From Obrimoposthia wandeli (taxonomy: Eukaryota): a stretch of 64,000 nt of DNA. The translations under genes were made by a program, and so were the position numbers. The DNA lies in NCBI GenBank assembly GCA_977020255.1, contig CDROCS010001101.1, forward strand, positions 186,001 to 250,000, in the 5' to 3' direction. Shown piece by piece: positions 47,440 to 58,284 of this stretch. Within the stretch, counting starts at the first letter, position 1; each line of letters starts with the position of its first letter. Below the pieces are notes generated by a model that ran no database searches, was not told the origin of the DNA, and worked only from the letters and a program-made list of their open reading frames with translations.

Positions 47440-48351
47440 ATGAGTACTTTTTGGAGTATTTGGATCACAGTGATCACACTAGGCACTATCTTTGCTTGCC
47501 TAGGCCTACTTTGGGTGTGTAATAAAAACGACACAGGCGTTAAAGAAGGCGAATCAATGGGTCACTCTTTCGATGGTATCGAAGAGTTAAATAACCCATT
47601 ACCAACCTGGTGGAAATATCTATTTATTTTCACTTGTATTGGTGGTTTTATCTATTTCGCGCTTTACCCAGGTCTAGGCAGCTATAAAGGTTTACTTGGC
47701 TGGACTAGTACTAATGAGTATGAGCGTGAAATTGAATCAGCTGACGAAAAATATGCAGCTGTATTTAACAAACTAGTTAAAACAGAAACCAGTGACTTCA
47801 CTGAATACCGTGAAATTGCTGACATCGCTAAAGACCCTGAAGCAGTAAAAGTAGGTCAACGCCTATTTTTACAAAACTGTTCACAGTGTCACGGTTCTGA
47901 TGCACGTGGTGCAAAAGGCTTCCCTAACCTAACTGATGGTGATTGGTTGTACGGCGGTAACCCTGCTGACATCAAAGCAACTATCATGAACGGCCGCGCT
48001 GGTGTAATGCCGGGTTGGTTGCCTGTTCTAGGTGATGAGAAAGTTGATCAAGTAACAACGTATGTTGTTGGTTTATCAGGTCGTAAAGTAAATGCTCGTG
48101 AAGAAGCCGCAGGTAAAGAAGTATTCCTTCAAACTTGTTCAGCTTGTCACGGCGCAGATGCTAAAGGCATGACTATGCTAGGCGCACCAAATCTGACTGA
48201 CAAAACTTGGTTGTACGGTGGCTCACGTAAAGCTATCGAACAAACTGTTAAGTATGGTCGTAACGGTGTAATGCCAGCATGGAGTCACATCCTTGGTGAA
48301 GATAAAGTAATGCTATTAAGTAGTTACGTTTACAGTTTAAGTGTAAAGTAA
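47440..48351 (+). CDS. ccoP: cbb3 oxidase subunit III
   Basis: GHSFDGIEELNNPLP, CSQCH and CSACH heme motifs. AGGAG RBS; alternative start at 47434. Confidence 0.96.
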   Translation: MSTFWSIWITVITLGTIFACLGLLWVCNKNDTGVKEGESMGHSFDGIEELNNPLPTWWKYLFIFTCIGGFIYFALYPGLGSYKGLLGWTSTNEYEREIESADEKYAAVFNKLVKTETSDFTEYREIADIAKDPEAVKVGQRLFLQNCSQCHGSDARGAKGFPNLTDGDWLYGGNPADIKATIMNGRAGVMPGWLPVLGDEKVDQVTTYVVGLSGRKVNAREEAAGKEVFLQTCSACHGADAKGMTMLGAPNLTDKTWLYGGSRKAIEQTVKYGRNGVMPAWSHILGEDKVMLLSSYVYSLSVK

Positions 48352-48368
48352 CGTAATAGTGCTAATTT

Positions 48369-48400
48369 AAAGCTCCATTTACTGAATGGAGCTTTTTTTT
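48369..48400 (+). terminator. Terminator after ccoP
   Basis: AAGCTCCATT-TACTG-AATGGAGCTT followed by a T run. Confidence 0.85.
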
Positions 48401-48447
48401 TGGCTGTAACTTTGTTAAATTTCACCTTTCCCTTCTTGGAGTTCAAA

Positions 48448-48939
48448 ATGAAATCTTATTGGTATAAAGAACCATGGTTCTGGTTCGTTATCTTCTTCCC
48501 TACGATATCTGTAATAGCGGGCACTTCTACTTTTATTGTTTTTCAAAACAATCAACCGGATATGGTTTCTGACGATTACTATAAAGACGGCAAAAAGATT
48601 AACCAAGACCTAACTAAGTACCATGAAGCGTTAGCTCGCAACATTACTTTTTCGCTTAAATTCGAAGACGGTTTCGCGGTATTCAAGCCAGCAACTGGCG
48701 ACATGAAAAAAAATGAAGCGCTTAACATTTCATTCTTCCACGTGACATTAGCAAAACATGATATTTCAGTACTCGCTACCGCATTTGGTGATGGCAGCTA
48801 CCGTGTAGAGATCCCTGCTGACATGCTACAAGGTAAATGGCGTGTACGTGCAGAGTCATTTGATGGCACATGGCGCGTGCAAGAATATGTCCAATATCCA
48901 AATACTTCTGTAATTAAGTTAGACGGCGAGCAAGATTAA
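48448..48939 (+). CDS. ccoH: FixH/CcoH family protein
   Basis: WYKEPWFW TM anchor, DDYYKDGKKIN; position in the cco cluster. Confidence 0.85.
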   Translation: MKSYWYKEPWFWFVIFFPTISVIAGTSTFIVFQNNQPDMVSDDYYKDGKKINQDLTKYHEALARNITFSLKFEDGFAVFKPATGDMKKNEALNISFFHVTLAKHDISVLATAFGDGSYRVEIPADMLQGKWRVRAESFDGTWRVQEYVQYPNTSVIKLDGEQD

Positions 48940-51353
48940 TGTCAAACGGTACTAATTGTTATCACTGCGGTGAAGCTGTTTTAGCAGCAGACCAAAATAA
49001 ATTTAAAGTTTATATTGCACCTGAAGAGCGCGAAATGTGTTGTCCAGGTTGCCAGTCTGTCGCAGAAATGATTGTCGGGTCTGGTTTGAGTTCTTATTAC
49101 GAACATCGAACTGATTTATCACCCACCGCTAAGCAGTTAGTACCGGATGAATTGTTACGCTTAGAAATTTATGACGATAATGAAATTCAAGACGAGTTTG
49201 TTTATCAAGACGGTGATATAAAAGAGATAACGCTGACAGTAGAGGGGCTTTCCTGTGCTGCCTGTGCCTGGTTAATTGAAAGAAGCTTTCGTAACACTAA
49301 AGGTATTCACTTTATTAATGTGAATGCCACAAGTAACCGCATTGCAATCAAGTGGATCGACGAACAAATAAAACTCAGTGATATTCTAAAACGTATCAGT
49401 AACCTCGGTTACAGTGCATCGCCGTTTCAAGCTGACCAGCATGAGTTGATGTATAATAAGCAGCTTAAATCTTATTTTAGACGCTTAGGTTTAGCTGGAT
49501 TGGCAACAATGCAAGTCATGATGTTTGCTGTTGCGCTCTACTCTACTTGGTTTGGCGATATGGAAGAAATGTATCGCCAACTTTTCCGCTGGGTAAGTTT
49601 GATCGTCGCTACACCTGTACTACTTTATTCGGCGCAGCCTTTCTATTCAAACGCGCTGCGTAACTTACGCACCAGAACCTTAGGCATGGATGTTCCCGTT
49701 TCCATCGCATTACTGGGGGCATATACCGCATCTGCTTATGCGACAATGACAGGAACGGGTGAAGTCTATTTTGAATCCATTTCCATGTTCACATTTTTCT
49801 TGCTGTTTGGTCGTTACTTAGAGTTAAGAGCACGTAAGAAAACGTCAGAGCTCAGTGCCAACATGGCTAAGCTTATTCCGAACATGGCATTGCGTGTTAA
49901 TGAAGATGACAGCGAACAACTGGTACCAACCAAGCAGCTTAAAATTAACGACTGTGTGATAGTGAAAAGTGGCGAGGTTATTCCTTGTGATGGCATGATT
50001 ATCAAGGGTAAAACAAGCGTTGATGAATCAATGCTAACGGGTGAGTTTTTACCGATCGTTAAATCGCTAGAAAGTGACGTTTATACAGGTAGCCTTAATG
50101 TCGAACAAACGATCACCGTCAGTGTAACGAAAACCCATAAGCATAATCTAATATCAGAAATCATCCGTTTACAAAATACGGCGCAATCGTCAAAACCACA
50201 GATTTCAATTTTGGCTGATAAAATATCACGTTACTTTGTACTCGCATTACTGATTATTTCTGCTGGGACTTACTTATTCTGGCTTGGTTATGATCCAGAT
50301 AAAGCATTTTGGATCACCTTATCTGTTTTAGTCGCCACCTGCCCCTGCGCGTTGTCATTAGCGACACCGACGGCATTAACCTGTGCGACGAGTAATCTAT
50401 CTCGACAAGGTATCTTAATTCGTAAAGAGCATGTAATTGAGTCACTCACCAAGATTGATGAAGTCGCGTTTGATAAAACCGGTACCTTAACCAAAGGATC
50501 TTTCACGCTAACGAAGATAAAATCTGATGCTGGAAGCGAATTGCAAGAAAGCGAAGTAGAACAAGCCGAGCTATTGCGTATAGCGACCTCACTTGAACAA
50601 CATTCAACACACCCTATTGCATCAGCCTTTAAAACCAATGAAGAAAAAATACGCTTTGATAAGACCGAGAATCATATCGGCTTAGGTATCTCAGGGACCG
50701 TTGGCGAAGACAGCTACAAGATTGGATCAGCTAAATTTACTCAACAAATAAGTTTAGAATCCGATGGTAAAGACATTCTCGTCTACCTGACTAAAAACGA
50801 ACAACTGATTGCACGTTTTTATATCCAAGACGAAATGCGCGATAACGTGGCAACCACACTAGACTACATTGCTGAATCAGGGATAGATGTAACTTTACTT
50901 ACCGGTGATAGTGAAAATAATACCGATAAAGTAACTCAAAACTTAGCAATTACGAATAAGAAAACAAGCCAGTCTCCAGAAAGTAAGCTCGCTTACATTA
51001 ACGCCCAACAGGCCGACGGTAAATTCATGTTAATGGTGGGTGATGGCGTAAATGATGCACCAGTACTCAGTGCTGCAACAGTATCCATTGCGATGGGTGA
51101 AGGGTCTGACTTAGCAAAAAATAGTGCAGATGTGGTGTTATTAAGTACTGATTTCATCGCTGTAAAATATATGCTGGCTACAGCGAAAAAAACCTATAAA
51201 ATCATTAAACAAAACTTAATGTGGGCGCTGGGGTATAATTCATTAATTTTACCGTTAGCGATCTCTGGCAGTGTACCCCCGTATATTGCCGTGATTGGCA
51301 TGTCATTAAGTTCACTATTAGTTATTGGTAATTCATTAAGGTTGTTGAAGTAA
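48939..51353 (+). CDS. ccoI: Cu-translocating P1B-type ATPase CcoI/FixI
   Basis: CYHC..CPGC, CAAC HMA domain, YFES, DESMLTGE, CPC, DKTGT, GDGVND. Confidence 0.93.
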   Translation: MSNGTNCYHCGEAVLAADQNKFKVYIAPEEREMCCPGCQSVAEMIVGSGLSSYYEHRTDLSPTAKQLVPDELLRLEIYDDNEIQDEFVYQDGDIKEITLTVEGLSCAACAWLIERSFRNTKGIHFINVNATSNRIAIKWIDEQIKLSDILKRISNLGYSASPFQADQHELMYNKQLKSYFRRLGLAGLATMQVMMFAVALYSTWFGDMEEMYRQLFRWVSLIVATPVLLYSAQPFYSNALRNLRTRTLGMDVPVSIALLGAYTASAYATMTGTGEVYFESISMFTFFLLFGRYLELRARKKTSELSANMAKLIPNMALRVNEDDSEQLVPTKQLKINDCVIVKSGEVIPCDGMIIKGKTSVDESMLTGEFLPIVKSLESDVYTGSLNVEQTITVSVTKTHKHNLISEIIRLQNTAQSSKPQISILADKISRYFVLALLIISAGTYLFWLGYDPDKAFWITLSVLVATCPCALSLATPTALTCATSNLSRQGILIRKEHVIESLTKIDEVAFDKTGTLTKGSFTLTKIKSDAGSELQESEVEQAELLRIATSLEQHSTHPIASAFKTNEEKIRFDKTENHIGLGISGTVGEDSYKIGSAKFTQQISLESDGKDILVYLTKNEQLIARFYIQDEMRDNVATTLDYIAESGIDVTLLTGDSENNTDKVTQNLAITNKKTSQSPESKLAYINAQQADGKFMLMVGDGVNDAPVLSAATVSIAMGEGSDLAKNSADVVLLSTDFIAVKYMLATAKKTYKIIKQNLMWALGYNSLILPLAISGSVPPYIAVIGMSLSSLLVIGNSLRLLK

Positions 51354-51613
51354 TGGAAGTTATTTTTATGTTAATCCCAATTGCGATGATTTTTGTCGCG
51401 ATTGCAGTAGCCATTTTCTTTTGGGCTGTTAAATCCGATCAATTCGAGGATTTAGAACGCGAAGGCAGTAATATTCTGTTTGATGACGAGGGTAATAACG
51501 AAGTACCACTAAACAAGCAGAATAACTCAGATAGTAGCTCACAAAGTACTTCAAATAGCACTTTGGATAGCTCTTCACATGACTCTTCACACAGTGATAA
51601 GCATGATAAGTAG
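51353..51613 (+). CDS. ccoS: cbb3 oxidase maturation protein CcoS
   Basis: MEVIFMLIPIA...FFWAVKSDQFEDLE; Ser-rich C-terminal tail. Confidence 0.9.
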   Translation: MEVIFMLIPIAMIFVAIAVAIFFWAVKSDQFEDLEREGSNILFDDEGNNEVPLNKQNNSDSSSQSTSNSTLDSSSHDSSHSDKHDK

Positions 51614-52289
51614 TTTTATTGCCGCCTTTATGATTGGCGTATTAGGAGCTGGTCATTGTATTGCCATGTGTGGTGGTATTTCAGGTGCGATTGCCCATGC
51701 AAATAAACAGACCGATCATTCCAATTCACTCGCTCCACTTTTTTATAATCTAGGTCGGATCACCAGCTATACTTTAATTGGTGCTATTGTTGGTTTAACC
51801 GCACAAATTGGGTTGAATTTTGGTGCAGGTTACGATTTTTTAGTCATACTGCGTTTTGTTTCAGGTATGACATTAATTCTAATTGGCTTGTATATTGCGC
51901 AACTTAACTCCAGCATCTTACAGCTTGAAAAAGTGGGACGTTTAGTCTGGCGCTATATTCAGCCACTTGCTAGTCAATTTCTACCTTTGAAAACACCTTA
52001 CCATGCATTTCCGTTAGGTTTTTTATGGGGTTGGTTACCCTGTGGTCTCGTTTATTCGGCATTAACACTCGCATTATCTAGCGGTACTGCGTTGTCGTCA
52101 GCCTTGACCATGTTTGCGTTTGGCTTGGGCACCTTCCCTATCATGTTCTTAGTAGGTAGCTTTTCCACTAAATTCAATGGTTTAATACAAAACACCAAGT
52201 TCAAACGGTTTAGTGGTTTATTACTTGTTTTATACGGTTTACATATTATTTATATAGCGTTAGTACAATTAAGTGCTTATGGTATTTAA
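51603..52289 (+). CDS. Sulfite exporter TauE/SafE / DsbD_2-family membrane protein
   Basis: GHCIAMCGGI, YNLGRITSY, GWLPCGLVY, FGLGT. Confidence 0.88.
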   Translation: MISSFIAAFMIGVLGAGHCIAMCGGISGAIAHANKQTDHSNSLAPLFYNLGRITSYTLIGAIVGLTAQIGLNFGAGYDFLVILRFVSGMTLILIGLYIAQLNSSILQLEKVGRLVWRYIQPLASQFLPLKTPYHAFPLGFLWGWLPCGLVYSALTLALSSGTALSSALTMFAFGLGTFPIMFLVGSFSTKFNGLIQNTKFKRFSGLLLVLYGLHIIYIALVQLSAYGI

Positions 52290-52302
52290 ATTTGATACAA
52301 TA

Positions 52303-52316
52303 TTGACATATATCAA
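52303..52316. promoter_or_regulatory. FNR-like box immediately upstream of fnr (autoregulation)
   Basis: TTGAC-ATAT-ATCAA, 17 nt upstream of the start. Confidence 0.65.
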
Positions 52317-52333
52317 AAGAGTTTATTGGAATT

Positions 52334-53080
52334 ATGGCCTTAGATAAAAAGATACCAACACGAACTACTGCTGCAAAGTGTGAAATTCACTGCCAAAACT
52401 GTAGTATTAGCCAGCTCTGCATACCATATTCTTTGAATGATTCAGAGCTAGATTCTCTCGACCAAATTATTGAACGCAAAAAGCCTTTTCAAAAGAATGA
52501 TGAAATATTTAAAGCCGGTGATAAAGTTAAATCACTTTATGCGATCCGCTCAGGTTCGGTAAAGTCATATACAATTACAGAACAAGGTGATGAACAAATC
52601 ACAGGTTTCCATTTAGCGGGTGACTTGATTGGTTTTGATGCATTAAGCTCAGGCATACACCCTAGCTTTTCACAAGCACTCGAAACATCGATGGTTTGTG
52701 AAATTCCGTATGACACCCTTGATGACTTAATTGGTAAAATGCCAATGTTACGTCGCCAGGTTATGCGCTTAATGAGTGGTGAAATTGCAGCAGATCAAGA
52801 AATGATTTTATTACTGAGTAAGAAAAATGCTGAACAACGCCTTGCTGCCTTCTTGAATAATCTGTCAGTTCGTTTTTCTGAACGTGGTTTTTCACCTAAA
52901 GAGTTTCGTTTAACCATGACTCGTGGTGATATCGGTAATTATTTAGGCCTTACTGTTGAAACAATTAGCCGCTTACTTGGCCGTTTTCAAACCAGTGACA
53001 TGATTGAAGTAAAAGGTAAATACATTAGTATTATCGACCGTGAAAGTCTTGCTTTACTCGCTGGAAAGAAAGAGTCTTAA
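52334..53080 (+). CDS. fnr: Fumarate/nitrate reduction regulator FNR
   Basis: N-terminal [14 protein letters not shown] Fe-S ligands, MVCEIP, HTH with GLTVETISR. Confidence 0.97.
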   Translation: MALDKKIPTRTTAAKCEIHCQNCSISQLCIPYSLNDSELDSLDQIIERKKPFQKNDEIFKAGDKVKSLYAIRSGSVKSYTITEQGDEQITGFHLAGDLIGFDALSSGIHPSFSQALETSMVCEIPYDTLDDLIGKMPMLRRQVMRLMSGEIAADQEMILLLSKKNAEQRLAAFLNNLSVRFSERGFSPKEFRLTMTRGDIGNYLGLTVETISRLLGRFQTSDMIEVKGKYISIIDRESLALLAGKKES

Positions 53081-53317
53081 TTGACTGCTATAAATAACAG
53101 TTATAGTAATAGTAATAGCTGTTATTGTTATCATTGCATATATAATCGATAGACTAAGCGTGATTGATTTAGAGTACTTTACTCAATACGCTTAACAAAA
53201 AAACTGCCCATATATGGCATCTATCACAAATTGGGATATAGTTACAATATTGGTTATGTATAATCAATATAATAAACATATACTTAATCTCTACTCAATT
53301 TGTTATCAAGGTGCCTT

Positions 53318-54229
53318 ATGAATAAATATAAAAATATTCTAGTGGTTGCAGATCCAGTTAACACACCACAAGTTGCACTCTCTCGTGCTTTGTATCTTGC
53401 GTCTCAACAAGATAACGTTTCTATTTCACTTCTCTTAGTTATTTATGATCTATCTTATGAACTCACTTCGCTATTTTCGAGTGATGAACGTCAGTCTATG
53501 CAAGATGCGATCGTGGTCGAAGAACAAAAATCATTCACCAAGCAGCTAGAACAAGATTATCCAGATGCTAAAATAAATTTAAAACTGGTGTGGCATAAAC
53601 GTCCATTTGAATCGATTTTAGAAGAAGCCAAACTTAACAATCATGATTTAATTGTTAAAAGCACCCATGATCATAATAAACTCAGTGCTGTTGTTTTCAC
53701 CCCTACAGATTGGCACTTATTACGAAAAAGCCAATGCCCGGTATTACTAGTTAAAGATCACGATTGGCCAGTCAATGGCAATATAGTCGCGGCAATTCAA
53801 GTTTTAGAAAGCACCAATTTAAGTGCACAAGACGATGATTCAATTAATGAGCGTATCACGCAAGAAGCATTACAATTAAAACAATTGTTAAATGCCAATA
53901 TACATTTAGCGAATGCCTACCCTAGTACCCCTGAACATATCTCCATTGAAATCCCTAATTTCGATGCCGTAGCTTACAACCAAGAAATCGAAGAACACCA
54001 TAAGAGTGCAATGTATAGCCACGCTGAAAAATTCAATATTGCCAAAGAAAATGTCCATATTCGTTCTGGCGCACCAGAAGATGTAATTGCGGATATTGTT
54101 CAAGACGTTGATGCAGAGCTAGTCATTCTCGGCGCACCAACACGTAATGGCTTTTCTGCATTTTTGATTGGGAATACCGCTGAAATGGTCATCGACTCAA
54201 TTAACTGCGATCTTTTAGCATTAAAATGA
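53318..54229 (+). CDS. uspE: Universal stress protein E
   Basis: Tandem Usp domains, TPTDWHLLRKSQCPVLLVK, IGNTAE..ID..CDLLALK; downstream of fnr. Confidence 0.92.
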   Translation: MNKYKNILVVADPVNTPQVALSRALYLASQQDNVSISLLLVIYDLSYELTSLFSSDERQSMQDAIVVEEQKSFTKQLEQDYPDAKINLKLVWHKRPFESILEEAKLNNHDLIVKSTHDHNKLSAVVFTPTDWHLLRKSQCPVLLVKDHDWPVNGNIVAAIQVLESTNLSAQDDDSINERITQEALQLKQLLNANIHLANAYPSTPEHISIEIPNFDAVAYNQEIEEHHKSAMYSHAEKFNIAKENVHIRSGAPEDVIADIVQDVDAELVILGAPTRNGFSAFLIGNTAEMVIDSINCDLLALK

Positions 54230-54348
54230 TTACAAAATAATAACCTAGATACTTAGGTAGCACAGTACATCCAAGCGTAGGAACTTGCTTTTCCGGGATG
54301 CTTGGGTATACTGCGCTGCTTACAGCAATATTAATCCTGAGTGTCCGA

Positions 54349-55278
54349 ATGAATCCTGAAAATTTTACCGCTTTAGAAAAAAAGCAATTTGCTAAACTGC
54401 AAAAAAAGCTGCGCCACGAAACAGGTAAAGCAATCATTGATTATAATATGATTGAAGATGGTGACAGAGTCATGGTTTGTTTGTCTGGTGGCGCTGACAG
54501 TTTTACAATGCTCGACATTCTGCTTCAGTTACAAGCAGCAGCACCGATCACTTTTGATATTATCGCGGTTAACTTGGATCAAAAACAACCAGGTTTCCCA
54601 GAAGACATCCTGCCTAACTATCTTGAAAATCTTGGTATTGAATACAAGATTGTGCAAAAAGATACCTACAGCATCGTTAAAGAAAAGATCCCAGAAGGCA
54701 AAACAACGTGTAGCTTATGTTCACGTTTACGTCGTGGTATCTTGTATAACGCTGCCGTTGAGCTTGGCGCAACAAAACTTGCACTTGGTCATCATGCCGA
54801 CGACATCGTTGAAACATTATTCTTGAATATGTTTCATGGCGCGAAAATGAAAACAATGCCACCGAAACTTATCTCTGACGATAAACGTAACATTGTTATT
54901 CGCCCGCTAGCGTATTGTCGTGAAAAAGATATTAAAGCTTTCTCTGCATTTAAAGCATTCCCGATCATCCCTTGTAACCTGTGTGGTTCACAAGAGAATC
55001 TACAACGCCAGGCTGTTAAAGCAATGCTTTCGCAGTGGGATGAAGCAAATCCAGGTCGCGTGAACAATTGTTTCAACGCAATCCGTAATATCGTGCCAAG
55101 TCACCTTGCTGATACCAAAGCATTTGATTTTGTGAACATGGATCTTGAACGCGCTGATGAACTGACTGAGTTTGATACTGCGTTCGATAATGAAATTGAG
55201 ATGGTACCGACTGAACAATCTAAGTCCGGTGTTGAGAGTTTCGATCCGAATGAAATGGTTACTATAGTTGAATTGTAA
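54349..55278 (+). CDS. ttcA: tRNA 2-thiocytidine(32) synthetase TtcA
   Basis: SGGADS PP-loop, [31 protein letters not shown]. Confidence 0.95.
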   Translation: MNPENFTALEKKQFAKLQKKLRHETGKAIIDYNMIEDGDRVMVCLSGGADSFTMLDILLQLQAAAPITFDIIAVNLDQKQPGFPEDILPNYLENLGIEYKIVQKDTYSIVKEKIPEGKTTCSLCSRLRRGILYNAAVELGATKLALGHHADDIVETLFLNMFHGAKMKTMPPKLISDDKRNIVIRPLAYCREKDIKAFSAFKAFPIIPCNLCGSQENLQRQAVKAMLSQWDEANPGRVNNCFNAIRNIVPSHLADTKAFDFVNMDLERADELTEFDTAFDNEIEMVPTEQSKSGVESFDPNEMVTIVEL

Positions 55279-55340
55279 TAGCTAAGGTTGAATTGTAATA
55301 GCTGAGGCTGAATTGTAATAGCTAAGGTTGAATTATAACG
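55267..55340 (+). repeat. 20-bp tandem repeat (about 3.5 copies) starting across the ttcA stop codon
   Basis: GTTGAATTGTAATAGCTAAG / GTTGAATTGTAATAGCTGAG / GCTGAATTGTAATAGCTAAG / GTTGAATTATAACG. Confidence 0.9.
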
Positions 55341-55382
55341 ACCTCTGCCGTTAATTACTTTAGTTAACAACATCATTGATAT

Positions 55383-55413
55383 AAAAAAGCACTGCCTTAT
55401 CGCAGTGCTTTTT
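55383..55413. terminator. Bidirectional terminator (ttcA / DUF2987-type gene)
   Basis: A6-GCACTGC-CTTATC-GCAGTGC-T5. Confidence 0.85.
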
Positions 55414-55417
55414 ATTA

Positions 55418-56065
55418 TCAGATTTCTGTTAACGGTATGATTCGCAGTGGCTGCTTGCTGAATTTTATACCAGCAATTTTATCGCGAATGATTTCATCTT
55501 GCGACAATGAAATTTGCTCACCGCTTTTAAAGAGATCACCGCTCATCGTATAAGCCTCAACCGGTTCATCAAAAATAAATTGAACCCCGATAGTCGTCGG
55601 TAAATTCATTCTGCCGAAATAACCCGCCATGTTACCTAAAAACAAATCAAACTCTTCAATTTGCTTAACAAGTGCTAATGATGAATATTCTGAACTGGTA
55701 TTTTCCGAGGCCATAATTTGTAGTGCTAAATCACACGATGCAGTGTCGGTAACGTTCACATGTAATTTTGCTTTGTCATCACGCAGCTGTTTGTTAAAAG
55801 GCAGTAAAAGCTCAAAATCCTTACCAATTTCAACATCAGTAATTGCACCTTCAAAATTAATAAATGCATTTTCAATCTGGCAATGCTTACCTGTCTGACT
55901 ATTATTAAGAAAAACACCCATTTTTGTATTGTCGTATTGTTCTTTTTTACTGCTTTTTATTCTGTTATAAAAGCCATCATACCCAACGACTAATTCTTGA
56001 GCGCTTAAAGAAGGGACAAGTAGACTTGAAAGAAGCACCACTTTAATGAAATGGTTATTGAACAT
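55418..56065 (-). CDS. DUF2987-type exported protein
   Basis: Signal peptide, then GYDGFYNRIK and LLLPFNKQLRDDKA. Conserved position next to ttcA as in vibrios. Confidence 0.7.
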   Translation of the reverse strand: MFNNHFIKVVLLSSLLVPSLSAQELVVGYDGFYNRIKSSKKEQYDNTKMGVFLNNSQTGKHCQIENAFINFEGAITDVEIGKDFELLLPFNKQLRDDKAKLHVNVTDTASCDLALQIMASENTSSEYSSLALVKQIEEFDLFLGNMAGYFGRMNLPTTIGVQFIFDEPVEAYTMSGDLFKSGEQISLSQDEIIRDKIAGIKFSKQPLRIIPLTEI

Positions 56066-56330
56066 GAACAGATCCTTAATTAAAACTAAACGGCTAACGA
56101 AAACCAAAATTTATATCTCGCTGATTATACCTAAAATACACCATAAATTAGAGCACATATTCCGACTTTATTGCTTTTCAAGTTTTAAAAATGACCTGGA
56201 TATGTTTTAGATCCATTATTTTGAATAATGTGCAAATTTATACTTCATTTTTGTGAGATATAGCATTAGAATTCACGCAAATTGTTCATCTTACTTGATT
56301 AGATGGATCTCTTATCATTTAGGTTTATTG

Positions 56331-57434
56331 ATGCTTAATAAAAAAACTAACTCAATCATTAGACTTGCTAACGCAAAAAAGTCATTTGATAACAAACTTA
56401 TTATTAATGATTTAACATTAGATATTTATGATGGTGAGTTTGTCACCATTTTAGGGCCTTCAGGTTGTGGTAAAACCACAGTTTTGCGCGTGCTTGCTGG
56501 ATTAGAAACACTTGATAGTGGCGACGTCTATCTTGAAGATAAATGTATCACCAATCTCGATGCTGAAAAACGTAATACCAACACTGTATTTCAAGGATAT
56601 GCACTCTTTCCACATATGACAGTGTTTGAAAATATTGCTTTTGGTTTACGCATGAAGAAAGTGCCGGCACTTGAAATCAGTAAACGCGTAGATGAAATAC
56701 TCGCGATTGTAAAATTAACTGAATTTAGCGAGCGAAAACCATCGCAATTATCAGGAGGTCAACAACAACGCGTTGCAATCGCACGTGCAGTCGTGAACCA
56801 GCCAAAAGTATTATTATTGGATGAATCACTCAGCGCGCTAGATTATAAGTTGCGTAAAGAAATGCAGAACGAACTTAAAATGCTGCAACGTAAACTTAAT
56901 ATTACCTTTATATTCGTTACCCACGATCAAGAAGAAGCTCTGACTATGTCAGATCGTATCATCGTGATGAATAGCGGTAATGTAGAACAAATAGGTACAC
57001 CGCGTGAGATCTATGAAACACCCATAAACTTGTTTGTGGCTAAATTCATTGGTGAGATCAATATTTTTCCGGCTGTCATTGAATCGCAAACCGGAGCAGG
57101 TAAATACTTAGCTAATGTACACGGCTGTCAGTACGCAATTTCAACTGACCAAGCATTAACAGCTAACCAGTCTGTGAATATATTACTACGCCCTGAAGAC
57201 CTCAGAATCAAAGAGATTGACGATAAGGCAACCTCAGCACAAATTACCGGTCATATTGTTGAGCGTAATTATAAAGGCATGACGCTGGATTCAGTGATCC
57301 GCTTAGATTCTGGTGAACGAGTACAGATTAGTGAATTTTTTGATGAAGATGATCCAGATTTTGACCATAGTTTAGGTCAAAAAGTAGCGGTATCCTGGGT
57401 TGAAAGCTGGGAGGTTATCTTAACAAATGATTAA
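56331..57434 (+). CDS. potA: Spermidine/putrescine ABC transporter ATPase
   Basis: [31 protein letters not shown]-terminal [10 protein letters not shown]. Start moved to 56331. Confidence 0.94.
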   Translation: MLNKKTNSIIRLANAKKSFDNKLIINDLTLDIYDGEFVTILGPSGCGKTTVLRVLAGLETLDSGDVYLEDKCITNLDAEKRNTNTVFQGYALFPHMTVFENIAFGLRMKKVPALEISKRVDEILAIVKLTEFSERKPSQLSGGQQQRVAIARAVVNQPKVLLLDESLSALDYKLRKEMQNELKMLQRKLNITFIFVTHDQEEALTMSDRIIVMNSGNVEQIGTPREIYETPINLFVAKFIGEINIFPAVIESQTGAGKYLANVHGCQYAISTDQALTANQSVNILLRPEDLRIKEIDDKATSAQITGHIVERNYKGMTLDSVIRLDSGERVQISEFFDEDDPDFDHSLGQKVAVSWVESWEVILTND

Positions 57435-58284
57435 TTCGTCGCTGTTTAAGCGCTTCTCAATTGGCCTATTGTTAGTCTGGTTAAGTGTATTTGTTCTTGT
57501 GCCTAATGTGATGATTATCGTGACTAGTTTTCTAACTCGTGATGATGCAAATTTAATTAGCCTGACTTTTACATTAGACAACTATGTACGCTTATTTGAT
57601 CCGCTGTACTTTAAGGTATTAAGTCACTCTGTTTACATGGCGAGTATTGCGACCTTAATTTGTTTAATCATCGGCTATCCATTTGCCTATACGATCACGC
57701 AATTACCTAAAAAAGTAAGACCTATATTGTTATTTCTAGTTATCGTCCCATTTTGGACGAATTCATTAATCAGAACATACGGTATAAAAATATTACTGGC
57801 TAAAAAAGGGCTGCTCAACGCCCTACTGCTTAATTTACATATTATCGATAAACCGTTAAAGCTTATGTACACAGAGTTTGCCGTCATTTTTGCTTTAGTA
57901 TATATACTACTGCCATTTATGATTTTACCTTTGTATTCGAGTATTGAAAAAATTGATAAAAGCTTAATTGAAGCGGCGAAAGATCTTGGCGCGTCAAAGT
58001 TAATGACCTTTTTAAAAGTTGAATTACCGTTAACGCTACCTGGCATTATCGCAGGTATGTTATTAGTATTTTTACCGGCCATGGGCATGTTTTACATTGC
58101 CGACCTTGTGGGTGGCGCAAAGAACTTGCTGATTGGTAATACCATTAAGACACAATTTTTAAATATTCGTGATTGGCCATTTGGTTCTGCCGCGAGTATT
58201 ACCTTAACGGTGTTTATGGCGGCATTACTGTTCTTCTATTACAAGGTAGGGAAATCGATTAAAAACAGAGGTAACGATGCTTAA
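57427..58284 (+). CDS. potB: Spermidine/putrescine ABC permease
   Basis: [20 protein letters not shown] (EAA loop), RDWPFGSA. Confidence 0.93.
   Translation: MINSSLFKRFSIGLLLVWLSVFVLVPNVMIIVTSFLTRDDANLISLTFTLDNYVRLFDPLYFKVLSHSVYMASIATLICLIIGYPFAYTITQLPKKVRPILLFLVIVPFWTNSLIRTYGIKILLAKKGLLNALLLNLHIIDKPLKLMYTEFAVIFALVYILLPFMILPLYSSIEKIDKSLIEAAKDLGASKLMTFLKVELPLTLPGIIAGMLLVFLPAMGMFYIADLVGGAKNLLIGNTIKTQFLNIRDWPFGSAASITLTVFMAALLFFYYKVGKSIKNRGNDA

Noticed and set aside
48351-48448. Missing ccoG as an unusual deletion
   Set aside because: ccoNOQP-HIS without an adjacent ccoG is, as far as I recall, the normal arrangement in vibrio-like genomes.
54484-54501. TtcA PP-loop SGGADS instead of SGGKDS as an inactivating change
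   Set aside because: It fits the general SGGxDS PP-loop consensus, and both CxxC motifs are intact.
55267-55340. CRISPR array
   Set aside because: The repeats are directly adjacent with no unique spacers, and there are no cas genes in the window.
310-56330. Longer N-terminal extensions given by the ORF track (rmf, glutaredoxin, yebG, yebS half 2, ccoN/O/H, uspE, ttcA, DUF2987, potA)
   Set aside because: Downstream ATGs have better RBS context and match family N-termini, so the starts were trimmed.
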